Shown: positions 1 through 12,960 of the stretch, in pieces
Numbering within the stretch: the first letter of the stretch is position 1
Layout of the letters: every line of letters begins with the position of its first letter
Source: Eledone cirrhosa
Taxonomy: Eukaryota
Direction: 5' to 3'
DNA length: 64,000 nucleotides
Assembly (NCBI GenBank): GCA_964016885.1
Contig: OZ024742.1
Location: forward strand, 206,894,001 to 206,958,000
The notes under the pieces: generated by a model
What the model was told of the DNA's origin: nothing
Databases searched by the model: none
The model's input: the letters and a program-made list of their open reading frames with translations, nothing else
Made by a program: the position numbers and the translations under genes

Positions 1-28
1 GTACAAAATCAGTGTTTATGCAGAATTG

Positions 29-81
<53 letters not shown>

Positions 82-84
<3 letters not shown>

Positions 85-320
85 TTTCTATTTTTAGCAC
101 AAGGCCAGCAATTACCCAGTACATTACTGGTACTTTATTTTATCGACCCCGTAAGGATGAAAGGCAAAGTGAACCTCAGCGGAATAATAATAATAATAAT
201 AATAATTGTTTCTACTTTTGGCACAAGGCCAGCAATTACCCAGTACATGACTGGTACTTTATTTTATCGACCCCGTAAGGATGAAAGGCAAAGATAACCT
301 CGGCGGGATTTGAACTCATA
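82..320 (-). mobile_element. Two truncated copies of the tRNA-derived SINE embedded in (TAA)n
   Basis: Both contain 'gcacaaggccagcaattacccagt...ttttatcgaccccgtaaggatgaaaggcaaag', shared with the full-length copy at 31688-31872. Confidence 0.85.
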
Positions 321-338
321 ATAATAATAATAATAATG

Positions 339-1134
339 GTTAAAAACTGGTTAAAATGAGGAGACCTTAAAAAGGCTACAGAAGGAATGCTAATGGCTGC
401 GCAAGAGCAGGCACTCAAAACGAAGTGGGTGAAACACCATATTTACAAGGAGGAGGCTAGCCCACTGTGTAGGATTTGTGGAGAGAGAGAGGAGACTGTG
501 GCTAACATTGTATCCGAGTGTAAACACCTAGCCCAGACTCACTATAAGGGCTGGAGACATGATGTGATGGGCAGGGTGATCCTCTGGTACCTATGCAAAG
601 TAAACAATTTACCACATTCTGAGAAGTGGTATGAGCATAAGCCAGAGTTGGTGATAGAAAACGATCAGGTGAAGGTGCTGTGGGATTTTAGGATACAGAC
701 GGACAAGAAACTGGAACACAATAGACCTGATCTGGTGGTTTTAGACAAGGAAAAAAGTTTGTGCCTGATTGTAGATGTACAATAGCCTGCCCATTTGACA
801 CGAGAGTGCATGAAAAGGACAGGGAGAAAATTAACTGATACCAGGACTTAAAGTGGGAGGTAAAAAGGATTTGGAACTGCCATGAAGTCAAAGTGGTCCC
901 GATTGTCATAGGTGCACTAAGTACTATCTCAGAGAGTTTCCAAGGATGGTTAAAGAAAGTTAGTCCAGCCCTGCTTTTTTGAACACTTCAAAAGGCATGC
1001 TTGCTGGGAACAGCAAGAACCCTCCGATACGTCCTGAATATCTGAGGCTGCAGGTAGTGGCTTGATATTCATTTCAACAAACTTTCGAGTTAAATAACAT
1101 CAATGACTGAGACTCAAAGAACAATAACAATAAT
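339..1134 (+). mobile_element. 5'-truncated R4/Dong-like non-LTR retrotransposon 3' end (CCHC finger plus restriction-like endonuclease), degenerate
   Basis: ORF 387-785 has AAQEQAL, CRIC..ETV..I...C, RHD, LWDF.IQTD and NRPDLVV motifs typical of the RLE-clade C-terminus. It is frameshifted afterwards and flanked by (TAA)n. Confidence 0.85.
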
Positions 1135-2302
1135 AGTGTAAACACCTAGCCCAGACTCACTATAAAGGCTGGAGACATGATATGATAGGCAGGGTGATCC
1201 ACTGACATCTATGCAAACTAAACAATTTACCACATTCGGAGAAGTTGTATGAGCCAGAGTCGGTGATAGAAAATGATCAGGTGAAGGTGCTATGGGATTT
1301 TAGGATACAGACGGACAAGAAACTGGAACACAATAGGCCTGACCTGGTGGTTTTGGACAAGAAAAAAAGATCATGCCTGCCCATTTGACATGTGAGTGCA
1401 AGAAAAGGTGAGGGAGAAAATTAACCGATACCAGGATTTAAAGTGGGAGTTAAAAAGGATAGGGAACTGCCATGAAATCAAGGTCGTCCCGATTGTTATA
1501 GGCACACTAGGTACTATCTCAAAGAGTTTCCAAGGATAGTTAAAGAAGATCAGTCCAGCCCTGTTTTTTGGAACACTTCAAAATGCATGCTTCCTGGGAA
1601 CAGCAAGAACCCTCCGATACATCCTGAATATCTGAGGCTGCAGGTAGTGGCTTGATATTCATTTCAACAAACTTTCCAGTTAAATAACATCAATGACTGA
1701 GACTCAAAGAACAATAACAATAATAGTGTAAACACCTAGCCCTGACTCACTATAAAGGCTGGAGACATGATATGATAGGCAGGGTGATCCACTGACATCT
1801 ATGCAAACTAAACAATTTACCACATTCGGAGAAGTTGTATGAGCCAGAGTCGGTGATAGAAAATGATCAGGTGAAGGTGCTATGGGATTTTAGGATACAG
1901 ACGGACAAGAAACTGGAACACAATAGGCCTGACCTGGTGGTTTTGGACAAGAAAAAAAGATCATGCCTGCCCATTTGACATGTGAGTGCAAGAAAAGGTG
2001 AGGGAGAAAATTAACCGATACCAGGATTTAAAGTGGGAGTTAAAAAGGATAGGGAACTGCCATGAAATCAAGGTCGTCCCGATTGTTATATGCACACTAG
2101 GTACTATCTCAAAGAGTTTCCAAGGATAGTTAAAGAAGATCAGTCCAGCCCTGTTTTTTGGAACACTTCAAAATGCATGCTTCCTGGGAACAGCAAGAAC
2201 CCTCCGATACGTCCTGAATATCTGAGGCTGCAGGTAGTGGCTTGATATTCATTCCAACAAACTTTCCAGTTAAATAACAACAAAGACTGAGACTCAAAGA
2301 TC
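1135..2302 (+). repeat. Two further tandem ~590-bp copies of the R4/Dong-like 3' end
   Basis: 'agtgtaaacacctagcc' recurs at 517, 1135 and 1725. Copies 2 and 3 are nearly identical and the array ends in (TAA)n. Confidence 0.9.
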
Positions 2303-2335
<33 letters not shown>

Positions 2336-2632
2336 TGTTTCTACTTTAGGCACAAGGCCAGCAATTATCCAGTGCATTACTGGTACTTTATTTTATCGAC
2401 CCCGTAAGGATTAATAATAATAATAATAATGATAATGATGATGAGGATGATAGTAATAATAATGATTATAAAATTTCCAAAGAAAAACCCACACTGTATC
2501 AATAATAATAATGATATTTGAATTATTTTATATATTGTCTTTTCATTCATTCTTTTCTGAAACTTATCCCTGTGATGTCCCTTCATCTGTCTCTCTTGTG
2601 GCAATAAAAAATAAATCATCCTCATCAGCTTG

Positions 2633-2670
<38 letters not shown>

Positions 2671-2944
2671 CATCATTATAATCATAATGTTATTCGGCTG
2701 TTTTTGATACGTTTTTATCTTTTGAAGAACATCTCAGAATATAAAATGCTGTTTGTAGTCAACAACAGTAGTAATTAGTCAGTTATATATATATATATGC
2801 CTCAGGTAGTTGCATATAGTTAGTCCGTATGATCAAAGCAAATACTCTTGGGTTAATTCTGAAGTAGCTTGTTTACCAATAAATGAGCTTATATAAAGTA
2901 CATAAGACTATGAGTGTGTCTAACAAATTGTTATGTGTAAGTAG

Positions 2945-4165
2945 ATATGTTTCTTTATTAGCCACAGGGGCACAAAAGAAGGGGACAAATACAAAGGGGG
3001 AAGTTTACATACAATAAAAATGTGTAAAATATTATCACAAATGTAATTTAAAAATTAGTCGATTTTCCCCAATAGGGGGAGATATTTCATATGGGTAACA
3101 CATACCCCCGAAAAAAAATGTGCAACCCTCATCTCCAGGAGTACAAAGAGTTTGTACTCCTTTCCTCTCCTCCTCTTTTTCCTCAACCTACAGGCTGATA
3201 TAGAGAGAAGGCCCATTCACTCGAGCCATTCTTGCCACTTTCACCCACCTTTCATAAAACTTGCTGGGGTACAGCACCTCTCTCTCCATCCTGATTCTTC
3301 TTCCAAAGTGGTATTTGAAAAAAAGAATCAGTTGTTGGCCAGAGAGAAAGGTGTCTGACCTCAACCCTTTCAACCTTGTCCACCATACAACCTCTTTCGC
3401 CATAGCTATCACACAAAGGAAAACCGCCTCTCCTTAATGTTTGAAGGAGGGTGGCGGTTTGATCATGACAATGAACTCAGTGGTCAACCGGATTGGTCCC
3501 ACCCGCGAAAATAGTCGTTCTACACAGCCCCACAGGTCGGTGACGCCCGGGCAGTGTATGAATGTGTGCGCGACGGTTTCTTCATCTTGCACGCACCTCG
3601 GACAGATCTTTGTTGCAGGGTCCCTGCCTGGGCACCCATGTCTGTAGAGCTTGTCTCGAACTGGTAGAGCTCCTTGGTAGCACTGCCAGGCCAGGGACTT
3701 TTGGAAGTTGTCCATCGGTCCCGGGCGGAAGGTCCTACTGAACAGACTGGCCAGTTCGTCTTCCTCTACACCCAGAGTTTCACCGAGCACGTCGTCGCAC
3801 TTGCTGCGGATCAACCTTCTATAGAATGATGACGAAGTGGAGTCTCCACTGATCGCCGGGTCCACCTGCCAAAGGGTTGTGAGCGCCTGAGCACATTCGA
3901 TGTGCCAGTCGCCCATTTTCCTCGGTCTTTGCTTGACCCAGGACTGCAGCTCGGTCAGCGAGACAAGTCATGTGAAGGCTCGCCTCACGAACGGGGCCCA
4001 CACCGGTTGCCCGGTGAGGAATACGTAGAGATGCCACACCCTGAGCATGTGTTTGCGCATCGTCAGCCACGGCATCCCCAGCCCTCTGTTGGAAGGGCGT
4101 TGGCAGCAGATGGATCTTCTCACCATAGGAGCCCGCCTCTTCTAAAGGAATTGGAAGAGGTTTGT
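2945..4165 (-). mobile_element. Decayed 3' part of a Tx1-like LINE (diverged relative of the 41-47 kb element)
   Basis: ORFs 3434-3916 and 3188-3412 match the ORF2 C-terminus (FQKSLAWQCY.GALPVRDKLYRHG, CPRC..ETV.H...C, ARMARVNGP). The 3' end reads cccctgtggctaataaagaaac on the minus strand. Confidence 0.9.
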
Positions 4166-7100
4166 TAGTTACTTAGTTGTTATGCAGTTATTGTACCCAG
4201 GCCAACCATGAAATAGGAGACATAGTCAAAAACGTTCCATCTATGACCATTCCATCTTTTATTCAGTTATGATCACATTATCAAATATATCCTTTTTAAA
4301 ACTTATAACAGATTTGGCAGTTAATTCAAGCAGGTAAAACAATAATAAGGAGGCTCTCTTGTTTAAGTCCAGGTCAGCATATATTGAGAAGACCTGTGAT
4401 CATCCTGTAGTTTATTTAGATATAGTGTTTCTAGAATTACTTTATTAAATATGTCCACTTATTTTATGACAGTAGGATATGACTTCAGACAGATTTGACT
4501 GATATCTCTTGCAGAACAAACAACTACTTTGAGGGTCTGTCCTATTCAGATTAAGGTTGATACTAACTAATAAGGCCTATAATAAAAATTGTTCCAGAAA
4601 TAACCATCGCATTTTTTTTTTCAGACATAATTGAACTACAAAATGCATTTTTTTAGGACAGTAAGGAAGATTTAACAGCTATTTTTAGCAGATTTGAGCA
4701 AATACATAGAAACTACATCTTCAGCTCTTTTGTTTGTTTGGTTAATTGATTGGCTGATTAGTTGATATATTATAGTTGCTGGTTAGCCTGTGGTAAACCA
4801 TTGGGGTTGACCAGGAATTAAATAAACAAAATTGGTAAATAACATGAAAAACAAGCTTGCAGTATAGCCAAAACAGAATGGGTCACCAGTTGGGAGTTTA
4901 CTAACTACTATACCAACTCAGTATTTAAACATGCATCGGGTGCTACCTTGATCAGTTGTCTACCTGATTTTCATTTCGCATACACTTCATATTTATATAT
5001 ATGAAGTGTTTTCAGTAGCACGAGTTACAGATACAGTCCGTTTAATGGGCCTCCAAACAGTTTTTGTCTACTCAATTTTACTCACAGGTCAAGCTTTGGA
5101 TCTAATAAATGAGACTTGCCTAATATGCCACTTATTGAGACCAAACCTGAGACTTAAAAATCCAGAAGACCTGCCACAAGCAATGACTGACAGAGCCGAG
5201 TTAAGAATGAGACTCACTGCAATTTGTGAAACGGGCATGCCAAAATAGTGATAATGATATAGTCAACTCTTCTGAAGAAACTTGTGGGAACTCAGGTTAA
5301 GAAGGATGAGCACCTTTTAACCCTATATATTTTAAAGATAATTTTTTTGCTAAAGTAGAACTTAACATTGTGTGCCCCGCGATAGGCTTCATAGACATTT
5401 AATGTTTTACAGCTGGACACTCTTTTTTGTGCCAACCTTTTTTAGTTATTTCTCATATAATGCAGGCATATGGTGTATCATTTCAAAAGAAAATGAAACA
5501 AATCTAAATGTTTTCATTGCCACACTGTTATATATATTTCTCATATAATTTATAGTAAAGACAAATGCACAAAAAATGGTTACTACTAAGATCATGTTTT
5601 GATCTGTATAATGGCATACGTGTGAATGTTTTAGAGCTAATTACATGAGAGTAATGATAGAGGAACATTTTTTCTGAAATCCAGTATCCAGGCAGTCAAA
5701 TGATAATTTTGAATATTTATTTTATTTTCTATTCCATCAAAAATAAGGGCAATACTAGAATCTCCGGATCATCCAGATTCCAAATATGTATATTTATATA
5801 TAGCTACAACCCACTGGGAAAATGTTATAGCTATTTGAAAAATACAAGGTCAATGACCTGGCCTGTACTATTCATTGGGAATAATGTGTTTTGCTCAAAC
5901 TCTATTGCTATATAAAGTTTCAGCAAAATTAAAAACATGACGGTGCTGCTCATTGGGCGATTTGTCCTGGAATCACCCAATTAAATTTTCATGTAGCAGG
6001 CACCCCTATTGTAAAATACTTGCATACCCCATTATGTCAATTCATTTTATATTTGTACTCATTTCCATTCCACTTTTCACCTACGTTACATGTTTATCTC
6101 TGTTATCTTGTTTATTTTTTCTTTTATTGTAAACTCATACATTTGTCTGTGAATTATTGAAGCATGCAGTTCTTATAGGAACATGTTCTTATTGTAGTTA
6201 ACCAAACAACTGAAGTTAGTAGCAACACTTAAATTCAAGTAACAAAAAGCAAAAGCTTTAATCCATATATGTAGATGAAAATATCATCATGACTAGATGT
6301 TTTGTTGCTGGCTACATAAATTTATTTTACTAAAATGAAATTAAAGTTAATACAAATAAGACTTTCTTTCAAACAAATTTTATTTTAATAGAAATGTAGT
6401 ATCCCTTGAAAAATAAAATGTTGAAGATAATAAACCGATTTGGCAAAAGGTTTGATGACAAAATATTCAGGGAAAAAACGTCTGGGCACTCAATATCATA
6501 CATTTAGTTAATACTTTTTAGTCTGAAGTATCCTTATTTTTGCTCTTTTAACATCTAGAAATCAATGTTGTTCACCTCCCTGTTTTTATTTATAATCATG
6601 GTGAAGTCACTATAAGTAAACCAACAAAATGAAAAGCTCAGCATTTTCACTATGCTGCCACTGCTTATAGCAACCAGAAACCAGCAAACTATATCAACCT
6701 GCCATGCCTGCTACCTATTGCTTGATAGAGACAGCTATTGATAGAGTTTTAAATATCTTGGCCATAGCAGCAGTACAGTGTAAGGTGATGGGATATGATC
6801 TTCTGACCCCTCAGCTGGTTTTACTTTAGCAAACTCTTGGCAATCTGGTGTCTTTCAAAATAAATCAACAGATTTAAGGTGGGTGGAAATGTAAATGATG
6901 GCACGTTTTTTTTAGTTATATCAACAAATAGATTTGTTTAACTATCAATTATACTGCCGAGTTATTTCATTGGATAGGTAGTATCTATGACCCCCACCAC
7001 CACCACAGCAGGAAAATGTCACTGTGTGTTATTGGTTATATAATGCTTTTGAGACTAGAACAACAACTGCAACAACAAACACAACAAAACTAACAACAAT

Positions 7101-7933
7101 TGCTACAGTTTTGTCATAACAAGTGAATAATTAGGATAAATTTTGTAGAAAATAAATCTTAGAAAATGTCAACTAAACGCTTTCATTCTCTTTGATATTA
7201 AAGCTTGAACACATGATTGCTGTATGGAAAAAACCATAGTCAGTTATAAAAATTTAGTTCCACAGAAAAAAAAATGAATGAATAAATAAATAAATGAAGA
7301 GAGGCCCCTTTAAAACTGAAAGTGTTAGAAAGAAATATTTTCAGCTTTGATGATTTACTGCTACAATCCTTCATCTTTTTCTATAGGTATATGTGTTCAA
7401 TTGTATGTTTGTTTATGTGAGTTTGTGAGTGCACATGACCTCACACACAAACACATACACATTCTTAGAAAATATAGAACATCTTGAATGCAGAAAATAA
7501 CCGTGAACACTGTTGTTTGCTAGAAGTAATAGCTAAGAATTCAGGTGAAATAACCTTATAGACAAAAGAAAGTGACTAGCAGCCACTACAGAGAATATAT
7601 ATGTATATATATCATACTAGCATGGAAAAGTCAGCATGATGATGACATATGCATGTTCATATAAGCATACACACACACACATATACATATGCATATGAGA
7701 AGACCGATTTTCTGTCATGTCCTGAGTATGTAAACCTGTCTAAGGCACCCAGTATATTCTGCAAGTGGTTGGCAGGAAGAAGGGCCTCCAACCATAGAAA
7801 CCATGTGAAACAAAGTGTTGAGAGGACTCTTCAGTTTTATCAAGAACATAACAAGCTTTTTGGAGCTAGTGCCATGATAAAATGTACCCAGTGCACTCAG
7901 TAAAGTGGCTGATATTAGAAAGGGCATCCTGTA

Positions 7934-8287
7934 TCATTTGTATGAAATCATCAGAAATCCTAATAATGTTCATACACATGAAACAGTTCTAGTCCTATAA
8001 AATTATTTTTATATATATTAATGATGCCTATACTCTACCAATGTATTGAGTACTTTTGGTAAATATTAATCTAGAAATGAAACTTGTAAGAACAATTCTA
8101 ATATTTTCCCATTCATGGAGAGATGTAAAAAATGGGTCTAAATTTTTTTTAATTTTTGCAGTGAAGCTTGTGAGCCTTGTGGTTAAGGGGTACTATTCAC
8201 AATTTCATGGTTTTTGGTTTAGTTCCATATATGTACAAGCCTTGAAAAGTGGTTGTAAAAACGATGATGAGGAGGATAATAATATAC

Positions 8288-8335
<48 letters not shown>

Positions 8336-8626
8336 AAACATAAATTATCGAGAATCGCATTTCGGCCCACGAAATAACGAAAAACAATGTGTGGCAAGTG
8401 CTCAATGATTCAGATGAACCAGAGCTATAACAGACGTTAAAGGCCAAACACACTGAGACGATGGTCAAACAATCATTCGCATAGCCAAAAAAAAACGATC
8501 AAGTAGTTCGGGTATTGAAAATTTACCCTGACCCCTGGAAGGTTGGTAAAATCCAGTATATGACAACAGGACTAGAACTGGTTCATTTGTATGAAATCAT
8601 CAGAAATTCTGATGATTTCATACAAA
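7934..8626. repeat. ~60-bp inverted repeats (7937-7996 / 8568-8626), each itself a hairpin; possible foldback MITE
   Basis: The reverse-complement match is visible directly. 8586-8626 is a perfect palindrome with 20-bp arms. No TSD seen. Confidence 0.55.
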
Positions 8627-10463
8627 AGAAGCATCTCCAATGTCTTTCATCAGAAAAGAAACGAAAGTGATGTGAGGAGAAAGATGAGGTTAGGAAAAAG
8701 TGAGAGAGGGGCCCAACAAGAAGAGCAAAATGGACAGGAGTATAGGGGCTATGTGTTCTTCCATTAGGGTGTGTATTCAGTAGTGGTGGCAGAGCAACCA
8801 AGTCTATCATTGGTGCTGGTATGTGTGGTTGAGATACATGTGAGTGCGTTCCTCTGTTTCAGGTGTGTCTGTGGTATGTGTTGATCTAGCTGTGTCAGTG
8901 TGTGTATATGTGCATGTATCCAGTGTGTATATGACTTTTTTGTGTGTGTTATATAATGCCAAAGAGAAATAGAATGACTGTATGTGTGTGTATGAATGGT
9001 GTATCTGTTTAGATATGTGCATGTGTGTCTATGTATGTGTGTGCAAATGCAGACTATGCCTGTGTGCCAAGTATCTGCACGTGTATGTTATAATATGCAT
9101 GTGTTTTTGCCAGTGTTTATACATATGTGTGTTTTTAGAATGCATTATTAGGATATATGTGTGTGTATATATGTGCGTGTATGTGCCTATCAAGTGTGTG
9201 TGTGTATATGTGTGTGTGCCTGTCAGGTGAGTGTGTGCCTGTCTAGAAGAGTGAGTCTCTAGGTGTGTGTATGCATGCATGTGCATCAGTGTCATGGTGT
9301 ATGTATGTGTGAGTGTGTATGTCTGTTAGTCAGCCAGAAGTAGGTCTGTGTGTCTGTGTTTGAGTGTGCGTGCATGTCAAACCATTAACTTAGTGGTTTG
9401 GCAAATAGAGATTAATAAACTAAATATTAGTGTTGAAAAATTCAGCACTGGGTTTGATATGATCCTTTCAAGATGGAGCCCAATTATGCCTGTAGTCCAA
9501 TGACTGAAAACAGATAAAGGAGAAAAGAAAAATATACTTATGCTAAAATTTCTATTGGGTATTGTTAGAGAGAAACAAGAGTAACTGTCTGAGCATTACA
9601 TGAATTTGTTCCGACCTTTGATTCTTGTATATAGACCAAGAGACCAACCACAAGATCTTGGTTTATTTCCTTTTTATAAAAACCACATAAGCTCTGCCAC
9701 AGCCACCACTACCATCGCCACCACTGCCACCACCGCCACCAACACCAATGCTGCCTTCCTCCTTGTCATCACTACATCTATTATCACACCTCATCCCTAT
9801 TATCCCTTCCATTTCCTCTTCATCATCATCATCATACAGTTTATTGTTGCTGCTGTCATTCTCCCCAATTTTCCTTTATTTAATATTCAACATTCCTTCT
9901 TTCATACCAGACACTGATTGACATGTCCACAGAAATTACTGTCCCCTACTTCCTTCAGCTTATGTCTTAATCATTTCCTAAGAGGGTGGGTAGCCTCAGC
10001 ATGTAGAGATATGTCAGCTCTAATGACCCCTTTTGGTTTTAATTCCAGGATCTCTTTCTGTTTGTTCCAGTACTACTTTAAAAAAATCTAACTTGTGTCC
10101 CACTACTTCTTCCATTATAAGCTCTCTATCATATCAACTCCCTCACCCCAAGCATGTGATTTTGGGTCACTGGGACACCACATTACGTTTTCTTCAGCTA
10201 TAGGTTAAATTTGTTTTTAACCAATGATGGAGCCTCTGAGCAGTTGTTCAGCATGCTATAAAGAGGAGTCAAATCACCCTCAAACGACACCCAAATGTCT
10301 GAAAAAGAACATTAAACAATGGATAATGTAGTTTTAAATAATATAAAAAGATAATGAAATGAAGGGGAGTTTTACAAAAATAAAAAAAAATATAATATTC
10401 CGATTGAGCTATTTTTCTACAATATAAATTAAATACTTGTTAAATACTTGTTATAAATTAAAT

Positions 10464-10768
10464 AATTATTTCTACATTTGGCACAAGGCCAGCAATTACC
10501 CAGTGCATTACTGGTACTTTATTTTATCGACCCCGTAAGGATGAAAGGCAAAGTTAACCTTGGCAGGATTTGAACGCATGAATATATAATAATTGTTTCT
10601 ACTTTAGGCACAAGGCCAGCAATTACCCAGTGCATTACTGGTACTTTATTTTATCAACCCCGTAAGGATGAAAGGCAAAGTCAACCTTGGCGGGATTTGA
10701 ACTCAGATCATAAAGGGACGTAACTATGCTGGAAAGCATGGCGTCCGACCCTCTACCGATACTGCCAA
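10464..10768 (-). mobile_element. Two adjacent tRNA-derived SINE copies
   Basis: Same core as other copies, with a B-box-like GTTCAAATCC on the minus strand. Confidence 0.85.
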
Positions 10769-11484
10769 ATAATAATAATCATCAACATTTAATATCCACT
10801 TTCCCTGCTAGAGCTGGATAGGTCTTCTGACTGAGTCAGTACTGAAGTGGGGCTACTGACCTCCCAATCAAGCCAGGGATCTGCATTTCATTTACAAATG
10901 GTCCCATGTTCTACTAAGTGTATTTCATCACAGTACTGGCAGTAAAGAGGTTGTCATCTCTTTGACTCAACTGAAGTGGTCTCCCAACCATTTGCTTGGC
11001 AAACTTTTTTTCAGCTGGATGCTGTTCTAATCTCCAACAATTTTACAGCATGTACTGGGTGCATTTATCATGTAGATCACCAACACTAGAGAAGTTGTCA
11101 TCCTGTTGATACAGCCGAAGGTTGTTCCTAACCATTTTTAGGTATGGTTTCTACAGCAGGGTGCCCTTCATTCCCCAACCCCCTTACAGAGTCTACTGGT
11201 GCATTTTCATGGCACCAACACTAAAGAGGATGTTTATTGTCCCAGTTGAAGAGGCTCCACTACTCTGTGTGGATTGGGGGTGAAAAGAATAGAAAGAGAA
11301 GTATGTAAAATAGATACAAATAAAAAATAACATTATAATTCATTATGGCTGTATTTGGCTAAAACAATTCATAATGTCACTCACATGTGAACACTAAAAA
11401 TATAGTTTTAAAGAAAGCAGCAATTTGAGAAAGACAAATGCTATAAACATTTGTTTATATTTCACAAATGTATATATATATATA

Positions 11485-12240
11485 TAAAATTAATTTACTT
11501 AAATTAACTTAAGGGAGTCATGTCCGAGACATGTGCCATATCCACCGTAGAATAAGCTCAAAGATTCCAATGAATAGATCCGAGCATTTTATATCAACTA
11601 GAAATTGATTGACATACATATATTTAAAATAAACACATGAAACAATCACAGGGGATAATTTGTAAAGTATGTAATCACACATAGTTATGTAGGTAAGTAA
11701 TTAAAGTTTAACTAGAGCTTCAAATATTACCTTTTTAAAAAATGATTAATCCTCCTTGTATATATTCCATTAAAGAAATATATTTCACCGTTAATCCATA
11801 AAGTCACAGTAGTCAAATCTTGGATCTTCAGCAAGGGGGAAGATTTAACGATCTGTGCTTACACATCTAATGCAATTCTGTGAGTGAGCCATCGCATGTG
11901 TTGCATTTCTAAAACTACTAACAACATGCTAGCGTCACCACATTGGCGTGAATAGGGTGATCGACAGCTATAAATAGCAGCCGGCTCCTTTCAACTGAAT
12001 AAGCTCTACAATTAAGGAGCCGTTTATATCCCTGTGTTTGTTTCATGTGTTCATTTTAAATATATGTATGTCAAGCAATTTCTAGTTGATATAAAATGCT
12101 CGGATCTATTCATTGGAAGCTTATTCTACGGTGGATATGGCGCATGTCTTGGACATGACTCCCTTAATTTAATTTAATTTAATTAATTTTAGATATATAA
12201 ACGGCTCCTTAATTGTAGAGCTTATTCAGTTGAAAGGAGC
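11485..12240. mobile_element. Hammerhead-containing element with nested inverted repeats (Penelope-like or retrozyme-like)
   Basis: 11485-11657 is the reverse complement of 12027-12191, and 11984-12029 of 12195-12240. A hammerhead lies on the minus strand inside the first pair. Confidence 0.7.
11750..11840 (-). ncRNA. Type I hammerhead ribozyme motif
   Basis: Minus strand reads tcccccttg CTGAAGA [stem II region] GAAA tatatt-loop-aatata TA^ caaggagga. Stems I and III pair; the base of stem II is non-canonical. Confidence 0.7.
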
Positions 12241-12415
12241 TGGCTTTTCCCTGCTTGCAAGGGTGGGACGGGAACTGATTCTGGCTTGATTTTTACAGCT
12301 GGATGCTCTTCCTAACACCAACCTCATTTACAGTGAGTGCTGGGTGCTTTTTTTTCCGTGGCACCTACACGTCCACTTTACAGTGGAATGATAGGGATCC
12401 CAGTCCCCATCATCC

Positions 12416-12555
12416 TCATTTCTACAGCTGAGTAAACTGGAGCAATATGAAATAAAGTGTCTTGCTCAAGGATCACATCACTCGGTCTGAGAATTGAACT
12501 CATAACCTTTCGATTGCAAGGCCAATGCTCTAACCACTAAGCCATGTGCCTCCAT
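12416..12555 (-). mobile_element. CORE-type tRNA-derived SINE fragment
   Basis: Minus strand shows A-box tggcttagtggttagagc, B-box gagttcaattc and a CORE-like 'gatccttgagcaagacact...ctccagtttactcagctgtagaaatgag'. Confidence 0.7.
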
Positions 12556-12960
12556 GTGTGTGTGATAAAACAAACAGCACTGATAGAAGGAGAAAAGAAA
12601 ACAAAGAAAACGAAATTAATGGGATAGTGGACCTGAAGCTGTGATGTTTTTGCCCATCACTGTCTTTGACAGCATTTAGCTATTTTAATGGCTGTTCCAG
12701 CAACAAGTTTTCTCATTTTTATATGTGTATATATATATTATAAAAGAGAAGCGAGAGAGAGATGGTGTTGCGTATACATCTTCAGTTTATTTCATGATGT
12801 AATAAACTGAAGATGTATATGTGACACTATCTCTTCTTTATAATATTGATACTTCATCCGATACCATATAGGTAGTAACTTATGTTACCCATGCCATGGA
12901 GTGCTTATGTCTGATTAAATCACAGTCAGTCGATTGCTTGATCAATCAATACTGATTACT

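Noticed and set aside
5656-5982. DNA transposon ending in ttgtcctggaatcaccc
   Set aside because: Only one TIR-like end is seen, with no partner TIR or TSD.
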